Below, one piece after another: positions 13,536 through 24,549 of a stretch of 36,273 nt of DNA (its first letter is position 1; each line of letters opens with the position of its first letter). The notes beneath the pieces are model-generated. The model made no database searches and was not told where the DNA came from. It saw only the letters and a program-made list of their open reading frames with translations. The DNA comes from Trichinella spiralis (lineage: Eukaryota). The position numbers and the translations under genes were made by a program. Location: assembly GCF_000181795.1 (NCBI RefSeq), contig NW_003526944.1, positions 5,479,816 to 5,516,088 of the forward strand, read 5' to 3'.

Positions 13536-14002
13536 ATCATCCATCTACTGCGTCGGTCGGTTTTTTTCGCAAGCAAAAAATTCACACGTCATATTCTCGT
13601 TTTTTTTCTTATTATCGATCAGTTTGCTTTGTTTTTTTTTCTTTTTTTTGCAGTTGGTTATTTATGTTATTTTAATTATTTTAAAATGAAAAAAATGAAA
13701 CTCTAATCACTTGACATCAATAATTGCAGGTAACATTTTTCTTGCTTTTTACTTACTTACACGCTGCCATATTATACATACTTATTACGTGTCTTATTAT
13801 TATTTTTTGGAATGACTTTATTTTCCTCAACACACATCATATATTTATCAATTCATACATATCCATATGCATACACATACACAATTGCACGCGCGTGTGT
13901 GTGTTAATAAATTCAAAGACAAAATGTTGTCTCTGATAATTTTATTGTATAATTACAATGAAAAAACAATATAGATAAAATATTTCAACGTTTTGATAAT
14001 AA

Positions 14003-16495
14003 TCAGATGCCATGATGCAACGGTGTATAGTCGATTTTATTGGATTTCGTTGCTGCTGCTGCTGCTGTTGTCGTTGTCGTTGTTGTTGAGGTGGTAGTTG
14101 TTGGGGTCGTCGTCGTCGTTATGAGCAAATCGAAAACTACATTACTCGTAGAACTGTGCGCCGAACTCGACGATGCAAGCCCCTTTTCTGTTGACGAGTC
14201 CATCAGTAGCAGTCGATCAAAGCCAACATCACTTTTTCGACTGCCACTGAGCAGAGGCGTCAAGCCGGCCCAAACAACGCTCTGCATCGACTGGCTCGTA
14301 AACGCCGCCTTGACCGACTGCTCACTTTGTAGCGCTTTATACAACGCCAAATTGTACTCGTCCAACGACGGCTGCGACAAAGCCGTCTCGTAATTTGGCG
14401 CCGTTCTGTATGCCGGGACGTCGACCGCCTCCGTCCCTACTAGCGACGCGGATGATGCACTAGACAAAGCTAATTTGCTTGTCGACCTTGCCGGAATTGG
14501 ACGGCTAGAAGCGGCCCGATCATTATCGCTGATCATTATTGTCGTCGGGCATGCCAAATTTCCACTGGAATGCGCTTTTCTGGAACTCGGTAACAATTTG
14601 TCGTCGTCGTACAGCTTGTCCAAATGGTACAACGATGTATGATCTGGAAAAAGGGGAAAAAATCATTTCATTTCATTCCATCACATCTTCTTTCCATTAA
14701 TAATCGTAGACACAACAAACCTGATCTGCACGGAAATGCTGCTGTGCCTTCCCTGTTCCATCCACCAGAAACGTATAAATTCATAGGAACCTGAAAATCA
14801 CAAACACAACACTGTCAACGTTCCATACACACACACACACACACACAACAAATGCAATTCAGCTACTGTACCCGGCGAAAGTGTGATAGTTGGCGAGTGT
14901 CGCAGTCGAATACCGATTCTTGAGGACGTTTTGGCTCCAATGGTGCATACTCTTTCAAATCGCACGAACGGAAAAACTGAGACTGGAGTGAAAAAAGCGT
15001 AGCCGCGTATCGAGCCGTTTCTGCATCTTCCTGAAACTTCGATTGTAGTGTGTTTGTGAATGATTAATTGGTCCCATCAAATGGGTTAATTTATAGAGCA
15101 CACAAACCATCTGAAAACACAGATTGCTCAACTCGGCGCAGTTGACGACAAAATTTCGTTTGTTCCAATGAATGCTGCTCACCTCTTCCCATCTGCACAA
15201 ATCAGAAACAACAAATAAAATATGCAACAAGCATGCATGCATGCATTTAACAAGAACCTGTATTTCAGAGGCGGTCCTTGTAAACGTTTCACTATCACAC
15301 CTTCACTGTAATAGCCGACGAATACGTCGTTTCCGTCTTCATCCTGAAGTTCACAAAATTGAATGTTAAATAATGTAGAACAGCTTGAAATGTCATCGAA
15401 TGCCCCACTCGTCCAGGAAAATATTCTTCACCGTATCCTTCGCATTTCTGTGCCTCGGAGGTGTACAATAATTCAGCCTGTGCTTGCGGCAGACCACGTA
15501 AACTTTTGTATCCAAGAATCACCTGACGGACAAGATCTTCCAATATCTGAGGACTCTGTGTCAAATGCTGAACGATAAAATTACAGAATCAGATAGGCAC
15601 GTCATTTAGCAGGGCAAAGAAATTATTGCACACAGCATACTTTCGGCAAAAGCATCCAATGACGGAAAACATCAACAGTATGTTTGTTTTCGTCATAATC
15701 TCCAAATTCAACTGAAGAAAATTCAAACTGAAATCATGCGTTAACTGCTGATAAACCACTGATAAAATACCTTGTAAACTGTAACTTGCTAGAAGAATCG
15801 CTTTTTCTGGAGAAACTAGCAGTCGACCTTCGAGAATATCTGCTCGCATTTGCAAATAATAATAGTACCTTAATAATAATCGAAAAATTGAAAACTTTTC
15901 TAATAAATAAATGAAAAAAGTCAATAAAGAAGCATCTAATATATTCCAAAGATATCGTCCTAAGAAATAAATTATAAATTATTATACAATTTGTACCTGA
16001 AATTTGAAAAAAGTGACAGTACGAAATTTACGCAACAACAAACAAACCACTTCAGTGAAATTCGCTTACCTTGTGACATCGTCAATGAGCGTATTGACGC
16101 ACGGTGTATGGAACACTACGCCAAAATGTAGCTTGAGATGCTGTACAGATTTGTCGAACTGCTTTCGTAAAGGTTTGTCCAGTTCAACCCATCTGTATAC
16201 CAATCGATTGGATTTGTATCGCAAACCGAAGAAAACCGACTGAAATATTTTATGCAGCAGCTGTTAGAAAGCACAAACAGAGACACTGAAAAAGCATCTT
16301 TTCGCTTACCTGGCGCAGATTAAGACGATAACAAACATAATCCAAACAGACCTTGCCTGGGCTGTCCGATGAAAGAGTGCATTGCAAAATACTTCCGTCC
16401 AACAGTTGCACAGTAACAATATAAAGATTTTTGCTGAGATCATATCGACCCGCTCGTTTCCCTGAGCAAAGTTTAAATGGCATCTTTTCAAACAT
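14003..16495 (-). CDS. FERM-domain protein, Pez/PTPN14/PTPN21-like but with no PTP domain, about 574 aa; exons 16495-16310, 16239-16070, 15868-15771, 15711-15641, 15567-15409, 15343-15258, 15192-15108, 15030-14872, 14790-14721, 14643-14003
   Basis: MPFKL...RYDLSKNLYIVTVQLLDGSILQCTLS, RWVELDKPLRKQ, YYYYLQMRADILEGRL and AELLY..EGYGEEYFP resemble the PTPN14/21 FERM domain. The linker PAYRTAPNYETAL resembles the PSYRPTPDYET motif. Ten frame-consistent exons end in TGA at 14005-14003. Confidence 0.85.
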
Positions 16496-17696
16496 GTCCT
16501 AAATAATTTTTTTCTCTTTTCAACGAAATATGAAAGTATTCAGTATTATTTTATGCAGAGAAGTTAATTTAATCTGAAAAATGCAATGAACGAAATGCTA
16601 CAGAACGTCCAATTGCACCACACATTTACAAGACAAAGGTTTCTCCTTTGGCAAAACAATAGTAAAATGGTGGTAATTCCATTGCACTACAGTTCTGCCG
16701 ACTGGATTCCGCATCTAAAATAAAATAAATCAGGGTAGACGAACAACTTTACAAGCTGTTGTTTACTGAAAAATATGTACTAATAATTAACTTACTACTT
16801 TTTATTCCGTTTAATTTTTGAAACTTTCTAGAATATGAAGATATATTAACTGTTGAAAAGAGCCCAGAAATGAACTGTTAAAGTTGTTGAAGTATGTTCT
16901 TTATTAAAAAATATACCAGCTGTTATGCCATACAGTTTTTCTTCTTAAACTTTCCATATTAAATCTTTCTTGTTAAAGCTGACTCTACAATAACATATTT
17001 AGGCGTCAGGTCAATGTCAAGGAAATACATTCAACGGTATTTGTTTGTACGCTAGACTGTTAAAAAAATTTTCTCTCAAAGTTCCAAAACATTTTACATT
17101 TTAAGATGTACACATCGAAATAAAGTTTAATATTTTACACTAAAAAAAGTAATTTAAAAATGTTTACAATTTTTTGTAAACTACAGTATGCTTAAATGAT
17201 TTAAGTTTGAAAAAAATTGATTAAAAAATTGTTTGTAAATCTAATACTAATGCATAATTAAAATAGAGAAATATATTTAAAATTTATTTCCATATCCACT
17301 ACTGTTAATATGATGATTTTGAGTAAATAAAAATCATGTAATCAAAGGTCAAACTTGTTTACTTTTTCATTTAATTGCATACAGTGCTAAGCTTAAGGAA
17401 TAATATTTTTATATATCAGAGTCAGTGTATATGCCTGTTTTTTTTCAAATACACATATCCTATTGAAATTATGTATGTTGAGTAATCTTCAATTCCAACT
17501 TGAAAATCCCTTTTTTCAAGTGGACTGTATGTTTCTATTTATAATGATTCTAAGACAATGTGTCGTTTAATTCAATTTTATTCAGTTCTAGCAAGGAATG
17601 GGTAATGAGACAGCAGTTATAATGAACAGTTCAAGCGTTCTGGAAGACGTTAAAGTGTTTGTCCCTCCCCTCTCCTCATTCATATTTATACATGTT

Positions 17697-17971
17697 GGTT
17701 GACCTGAGTTAGCGTCTGGTGGTCAAATCTCCGTAAAGAGATTAGGTAGCTGGGGTTGGTTGCGCAATCGCTTGGTTTGTGCGGCTGCGTTGATCTGGGC
17801 AGCCGCGCTGTCAAGTACGATCTCATTTTGACGCGTTGCCAACAGTTGACCACCGGAGTCGTGACAACTGCTCGGTGTGGATGCTGACCTTTTGACCGTT
17901 TAATTGTGATTCTATTGTTCTCCGGTTGAGAAAAACAAGAAAATAAAATTACATTAGGTCAGCGTTATTTT
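17697..17971 (+). ncRNA. Unclassified structured ncRNA candidate, about 270 nt
   Basis: GC-rich island in AT-rich intergenic DNA with several nested helices: 17715-17726/17846-17857, 17781-17788/17799-17806 and 17880-17890/17956-17966. G-U wobbles favour the + strand. Ends at TTTT. Confidence 0.5.
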
Positions 17972-18506
17972 GTGAAAGAAATGTTGTTTTGATCGTGGGG
18001 AATTTAAACATTGATGAATAGGTACTGAGAAAAGATTTCTCGACAATGCATATAGTGAATGATTTTTTTAATACTTAAAATGTAATATTCGCATATAGTA
18101 TATCAAATGCATGATAAATATTATTCCATGAACTTAATTTAATATTTAATTTTTGTAGCATTTATGTGAAACATTATTGACGGCGTTACAAAACTTTTAC
18201 AGTAACACAAATGGTACCTTTTTATTTTATAACATAACTGTAAAAATATTTTTGAAGGCGGTTTAGTGAAATGATTTCATGGATCATTATTCAGCCGTTG
18301 CTCTGCACACTGCGAATAATGATGAAAATGGCATTCAGAACTAATTTCTGAAATTAGTATCTATCATAAGGTAAATGTTAAATTTTCTTGGTAACAGAAA
18401 TTGTCTTTTATATAATTTGAATAAATTTTCAGGTGCAGTATTTTTCTAAATTACTTATTACTAAAGCAGAATTATTTTGTATTTTATTTTTTCAATATCA
18501 GAACTT

Positions 18507-20977
18507 ATGACAGTTATGGGTTTTACTTGGTGTTCGAAAGTTGTTCTGGAAGTTTTGATTTTACATTTGCTGTTTGCCGTTTATTCCTGTCGACCGAGGG
18601 AGCAGTTTTTGGAAGAACTTCACCTAATTTCATTAAACAGTAGACATACACTTGCCTATTTTAAATTTACTATTATATCGTTGAATAAATCAGGTAAGAT
18701 TTGATTCAGCAGCTTCAGTTGTTAAATAGCAAATGACAATGGTTGCAGTTTTCAGAAAATCACTTTAATTTTTTCCCAAATGCGCTTGGTCGAGTGTTGA
18801 ACGCTTATAACGTGACAGAGCTTCACTTGAGTTTAACTCAAGGTCTTTGGCGTAGTCACATTTGGCCTCATTATGCTCCCACTGAGCCTACCGGTGCCCA
18901 TTTGCTTGCTACATTTCAACGTGATACTGCAGAACGGTATATTTTTATTATTTGAAGAGGCGATGATGATTATTTTGGGAAATTTGTATTTTTCTTCTTA
19001 GCACGAATACAAACTGGAATCGTTTGGTGCACTCTCTGAGTGGTTTGTTTTGTGCATCTTTTTCGCAGATCGATTCAACTCGTACAGTAACGCCAAAGTA
19101 TAATCTTTTTGCAAATGGTACGCAGAATATTTTCTCAAATTATGCATCCATGAGGTATGGCATGTTGCCGAGTGAGAATGTATGCACGGAAAATTTGACA
19201 CCTTGGAAAAAGCTTCTTCCATGCAAATTGAACGTAAGTTTTAAAAAATGTTGGGTAGTTTTAATTTAAATTCTCTCCTGTTCATTTGAATGATGTATTG
19301 CGTAGGGGGCTGAGAATTTGCCGGCATGAAGGCAAATTGGGAAATTGAAAATTGTCTGTCTGATATAAAAATGTTGTATTATTTGATGAATTTAATAAAT
19401 TATTGTTGTCATTTGGCAAGCATGTATTTTGTTTAGAGAGGATTGACGGCACTTTTGAATCCTAGAAGATTATTCAATGCTCATTACGTTTCTCTTGCTG
19501 TGAAAGTGACCAAAACGTGCCAAGAAAATGTAAGTTTTCAAAAAAAAATTCATATTAAACATTAGAGAATGTATTTATTTCATTTAAGAATGGCCAATGC
19601 TTAAATGCAAATTGGAAACTTGTGCAGTCGGTTACTGCTGTGCTCGATAATTACAAAGGAGGTAAATAATAATAATAATAATAATAAACGAAAATTTTCA
19701 ACAGAAATTTATGAAGAGAAAGTTTTTTCAGATTGGTCTTTACAAAATTATTTTTTTGTCCCTATTCAGCAACCTTGCAATATAGCGTTTAAAAGTGCTG
19801 TAATAGTTCAGGTGAAAGACTTAAAGGTGATCGTTTGCAATTTAGTGTTATTGAAAATTGATCAAATTCATGGAAAATTTGAGTTTTAGTCTTCAAGCAT
19901 TTCCACACTATCGGCTTCTCGTGTGAAGGTGAATGGTTGTAATATGATTAGTTTGGATTCAGGTCGAGATTTGTTTGTCAATGAGTTGTCTCTTAAAATG
20001 GATGATGTGTATCCTGTCACGTCTTGCCTTTCTCGTTTGCCTGTTTTGCTGAATACTCACGTATTGGGTGTTGGTTTCCATCATTTGACGCTAAAGCATC
20101 GTATAAGCAATGAAGCACCGAACGAGATGATAGTGTTGTTTAGGCAAACTATCCCGTGGATAATTAGAGTCTACTTTCACACTTTGACACTAATTTGTGC
20201 TGGAGAGAAAAAATCTTTCGGTTACTAAAAATGCATACATACATTGTTTTACATTTGTAATAAAGTACTTTTTTTATAGAAATACTGCATTATGAGCCAG
20301 CTAAAAATCGTCTTAAGCCACATTATTTTGAACTCTTAATCCATGTTCCAGCATTATCTGTTTGTCATCTGCAGATTAATTTCGACAAAAGCTTGCTTCG
20401 GTGGACCGAATATCCGCCAGATGCGAATCGAGGATTCATGCTACCTGCAGCCAGTTTGCTATATTATACACCAGATTTCAAAGTTGACAATGATGATGTG
20501 TCGAAAGCACTGAACTTTTCCCAAAAGTAAGCATTTTAAAGACGGTGAACTTTCGTGTATAAAAAGAAAATGAATATCAACTAATTAATTTAGGAATTTT
20601 GACACTTTCAAGCAGCCAGTTCAAGTTTATGGTGAATCTTTGCTGTTAAATTTGCCTACCCCGGACTTTAGCATGCCTTATAATGTTATTTGCTTGGTTT
20701 GCACAGTAGTGGCGCTAATTTTTGGCCCAATTCACAACTTGACAACGAAAAGGTATGTATGTCATAATAATAACACAATTCTGTATTTTACAAAAGTTAG
20801 ATTTTATATAATAAATGTTTTGAAATTATTTATATGCGTGAAAAATTTAGACTGGTGCTCAAGCATCGCCGAGAATTGGGATCCAGAGTAAACCTGAGAC
20901 GTCTCTTCGCTTATTTCAAACGTAACAATGTTGAATGTGTTTCAAAGTTGCCTGTTCAGGAAGAACAGACTAACTGA
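18507..20977 (+). CDS. PIGT: GPI transamidase subunit PIG-T (Gpi16), about 574 aa; exons 18507-18693, 18756-18936, 19002-19233, 19437-19529, 19589-19661, 19732-19826, 19890-20220, 20280-20526, 20594-20752, 20851-20977
   Basis: Signal peptide plus family motifs [53 protein letters not shown] and [15 protein letters not shown], then a C-terminal transmembrane segment. All junctions are frame-consistent. Confidence 0.95.
19283..19373 (+). ncRNA. Possible intronic box C/D snoRNA in PIGT intron 3
   Basis: C-like ATGATGT (19290), D' CTGA (19310), internal hairpin AATTTGCC/GGCAAATT, D box CTGA (19360-19363) 73 nt before the 3' splice site, and a short terminal stem CATTT/AAATG. This intron is longer and more GC-rich than its neighbours. 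Confidence 0.35.
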
Positions 20978-21852
20978 CAAATGTAAATCAATGTCATGCT
21001 TTATTGTTTATTTATACTTTGTTTCTGATTTGTATTTATTTTTCATTTTAATCGTGTAAAATGAATAAATAATAAATTGTTCACTATAAAGTATTTTTAT
21101 TCACAGCCGATATTTTCTGCAAATTGTTGTAAATTAGCTATTTCATCTTTGATTTTTATACAAATATGCAACCACAGTGTAAACCACACAACAGCTACAT
21201 TGAAGACTGACTACATTATGTAGCTGAGGGTGAAATTGCACACATCCATCATTTCATTTACAATTACAGACAAGTGCATAAATTAATTACAAACATAAAC
21301 CATCATTAAAACTGTCAACTGAGAGCATTTCACTACAAATAAAAATACATCAACATTGTTTAACAATGAAATCATGCATTAAAAAGCACAATAAAACATA
21401 CTTTTACACATATTACAATAATCATTCGTTTAAGATAATAATGATGATCGATTAATACTATATTAAAAATACTGATAGAAATGTATGAAAAATGACAGCG
21501 CTGATCAGCATCAGCAGCTCAACGGAGAGAACAGTTGAACGCTACACGTACGAAAAACTGACAGATGAATGACAAAATGATAGCTACGAAAATTTGAAGA
21601 CGGAATCATAAATTAAAACTGACCAAATCAAATTATGCATTAGTTCCGTAAATTCGCTCAGCGGTGAAATAAATCTTAGTGCACATTCTATTGAACAGTA
21701 TTCGCTTGCCTGTTGTACTGATTCATCACAAGATTTCATCTCATTCATTCATCACAAGAAACTGATGAATCAAATATCAGATATGGTCGTGAATCTTAAA
21801 TTTTTTGCGTGCTGAAATTCTGAACTGGAAACGGGCTGTATTTTTTATAGAT

Positions 21853-22140
21853 GGGTTTGGTACTACTCGGTCCCGCTTTTCTCTCATTGGTCTTTACCCA
21901 CGCTATTTTATTGGATCGTCAAATCTTAATCACAACTGAAGAGTTTGAATCAGTGAGCAATTAGACAAGGAAAACCAATACGACAAAGATTTCACTGAGC
22001 AATTAGACAAAGAAAACCAATACGACAAAGTCTTCACGGCCAAATAAAATGAAAACCAATACAACAAAGATTTGACGGTCTAATAAAATAGCGTGGGCAA
22101 AGACCAATGAGAGAAAAGCGGGACCGAGTAAAATCACCCC
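21853..22140. mobile_element. Mutator-like (MULE) MITE, copy 2 (inverted relative to copy 1)
   Basis: Same terminal inverted repeats as copy 1, with 9-bp TSD TTTATAGAT (21844-21852 and 22141-22149). Confidence 0.9.
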
Positions 22141-22166
22141 TTTATAGATGTCAATACCAGTATTAC

Positions 22167-22191
22167 AGCCAATCACAAAAGGGGGCGGAGT
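22167..22191 (+). promoter_or_regulatory. CCAAT box plus GC box promoter of the INO80-like ORF
   Basis: AGCCAATCA (NF-Y consensus) followed by GGGGGCGGAGT (Sp/KLF consensus) about 220 bp upstream of the ATG. A likely 5'UTR intron lies at about 22304-22357 (AAG|GTAATG...CTAG|). Confidence 0.6.
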
Positions 22192-22400
22192 TCGGGGAAA
22201 ATGGGACGCGGATGAGTTCATACTAGCCCTGTAGGCAAGTTTCATTCTCATCAATTTGATGTTTTTGTTAGCGTAGTTGTTTCTTTTATGAATTGTTTTC
22301 AAGGTAATGTATATATCAGTATCTGATTTTTATCAAGAAATTTAGTTTATAATCTAGGAAAGTTTTACTGTTCTATTGAACTTTCGCCTCAACCCTGGAA

Positions 22401-23381
22401 ATGCATAAACTTGAAGATTCGGAAATTGAACGATATTTTATGCGTGAAACCAATGCTTGTGACGAGTTCTATCCACTACAGTATTACAAGTTGTCCAAGG
22501 CTCTGGACTTAACGCCGGTTATTAACGAAGTTCAAAACTTAATATCAAGACCTCTGCCGGTTGCTATGGAATTTCCAGAAAATTTTGAAATTTGTCAATC
22601 GGACTCACCGCTTCAGACTAGTGGTTCGTCATCAGAAAGCAGCGAAAGCAGAAAACGTCCACTGAGTAGTTTATTTAATTTCGAAACTATTTGCAAAAGA
22701 AAATGGTTAAAGCGATTGCTGTTGGAATTTGACGCCAATGTGGATGGACTAGAAAATGACAGTGTATCAGATATGGATATCGATATAATGTTGAAGTTTC
22801 ATTCATTTAAAAAGAAATGGCAAACTAAATTTTCCAATGATATATTAAATTCGCAATATGCGTATTATTCTTCTGGATTATTGTCAGAATATGATCGATA
22901 TCCTGAACATCGAAAGTTTGTTCTCGATCAATATGGATTCGAAATTCCCAAAGACTTACAAGAAATGTCTCCAAAGCCGTTAAACAAACGCCGGCGCAAT
23001 CTTCAAAAAAATGCTAGTAGCGCGGTGCCTGCTGAAGCGGGTCAAACGAATCCATCTTTCATTTGTCCATGCGGACCGAAATCCTGCCGTTGTGCTATAA
23101 TTAGGCGACCTAATTGTAATTTAGATCCAAAATACCTTCACCTTTGGAACGTAATCGTCGCTTACGACGTGCAAAAGGCCTTTCAGCTGAGGCATGTTGG
23201 TTCCAAATATCGTGAATCGGTTTTAAAGAATTTGGCATATTCATGTATGGCATTCCACAATCGTGCTTCACAGAAAGCAGCTCAAGAAAGAGGACGCAAT
23301 GCAGTGAGATCTGCGAAGAAAGTAACGAGCCGATCAACACCATTACAAATGCCAAATGTTAAACGTCTTCCTTTTCCTTAA
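22401..23381 (+). CDS. INO80: INO80 N-terminal/DBINO(HSA)-like protein lacking the Snf2 ATPase, 326 aa, single coding exon
   Basis: Motifs collinear with the recalled metazoan INO80 N-terminus: PLQYYKLSKALDL, LFNFETICKRKWLKRLLL, IMLKFHSFKKKWQTKF...QYAYYSSGLLSEYDRY, then LWNVIVAYDVQKA...KNLAYSCM (start of DBINO). Stop at 23381, AATAAA at about 23650. Confidence 0.78.
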   Translation: MHKLEDSEIERYFMRETNACDEFYPLQYYKLSKALDLTPVINEVQNLISRPLPVAMEFPENFEICQSDSPLQTSGSSSESSESRKRPLSSLFNFETICKRKWLKRLLLEFDANVDGLENDSVSDMDIDIMLKFHSFKKKWQTKFSNDILNSQYAYYSSGLLSEYDRYPEHRKFVLDQYGFEIPKDLQEMSPKPLNKRRRNLQKNASSAVPAEAGQTNPSFICPCGPKSCRCAIIRRPNCNLDPKYLHLWNVIVAYDVQKAFQLRHVGSKYRESVLKNLAYSCMAFHNRASQKAAQERGRNAVRSAKKVTSRSTPLQMPNVKRLPFP

Positions 23382-24549
23382 TTTTCATTTATGATTGTTA
23401 TTTCATTTTCTGAATGCAGATAAATCAGTTGATTTTGAAGAAATTTTAAGAACTGTCTGACAAATTTGAAAGGATGCTAATTATTGATTTTTAAATGGTT
23501 ATTTGACCGTTTCTTATGAAATCACTTTTCAGAATTTATAAGTAAAATAAACAGTTATCATTTTTCTAAGTGTAATTCTTTATTTTTGTTTAAGGTGGCT
23601 CAAATTTTGTTGTTCTTATTAGAGGCTATTGTATATGCCACTTTTGAGGAATAAAGTTTTTAACGCAACTGAACAACTTTTGGCCACCAGTACTGAACTC
23701 TTTTACATTACTCTATTTTGAACAGAAGGGTAATTAATTTACAATATTTTAATTTAAAAACTACCTAACTAAAGTTTGTCAAAAATTTTTGAATGTTATG
23801 TAATACCCTAATCATATTACAGTATTAACGTAATTCAGGTATTTATGTAAATACTGTACAAACATATGTAATATTGATGTGAAAATTTTTGTTAATGACA
23901 AAATTGCTTTGTCAATTTAAAATATCTTTTAATCCATGCAGATCTAATTTCTGTACTGTTCATACGCGATTAGACAAACTCTAGCGCCTAAAAGAATTGC
24001 ATATGAAGAAGCGGCTTCAAATCTGCGAAATATTTTTTCCTTATTCTTTCGTTTGTAGCGACTCTCCTTGTAGCTCGATTGTTTTCTAACTTACTCTACT
24101 TATCACTCAGATCAGTGCTTATTGTATTCTACCTGCTCCTAGTAGTTTTTTTAAATCTAATATTGTGCAATTATAATATTTATAGAATGTCAAATAACTG
24201 ATTGCGCAATGTGCTATCAAAAAATGATTTTATATGTGTAAGTATGATTTGTTGAACTTTTTACTATTTTAAATGAATGAATTATTTATTAATGTTGTTG
24301 TATAAGTATAGGTTACATTATTTTTTTCTGACTTTTAGTTAGCTCGTAATTACTGTAAAATTACTAGATGTTTAGATGTTGACTCTCGGATGTAATTTAC
24401 AATTTATTATTCAATGTTTGGTTGATGTTCAATAGGTAGTGTAATCTGTTGTGCGTGCAAAGGTAGATAGATGCCACTCACCTGACGAGACTCAACGCTA
24501 CTTCCTTATTATGAATACTAATATTTTAATTCATATAAATGTATTTTAA

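Noticed and set aside
14040..14393. Plus-strand poly-Val/Ala ORF
   Set aside because: Antisense shadow of the Thr/Ala-rich last exon of the FERM gene.
17697..17971. Telomerase RNA (GCTGAC/GTCAGC pairing recalls the vertebrate pseudoknot)
   Set aside because: No 1.5-repeat template for TTAGGC, TTAGGG or TTAGG on either strand, and the helices are nested, not pseudoknotted.
8339..20977. U12-type (minor spliceosome) introns
   Set aside because: All modelled introns are GT-AG without the RTATCCTT 5' signature.
21480..21790. Hammerhead ribozyme or snoRNA (CTGATGA, short repeats ATTCATCACAAGA)
   Set aside because: I could not build the three stems around the core, so the motifs are likely chance.
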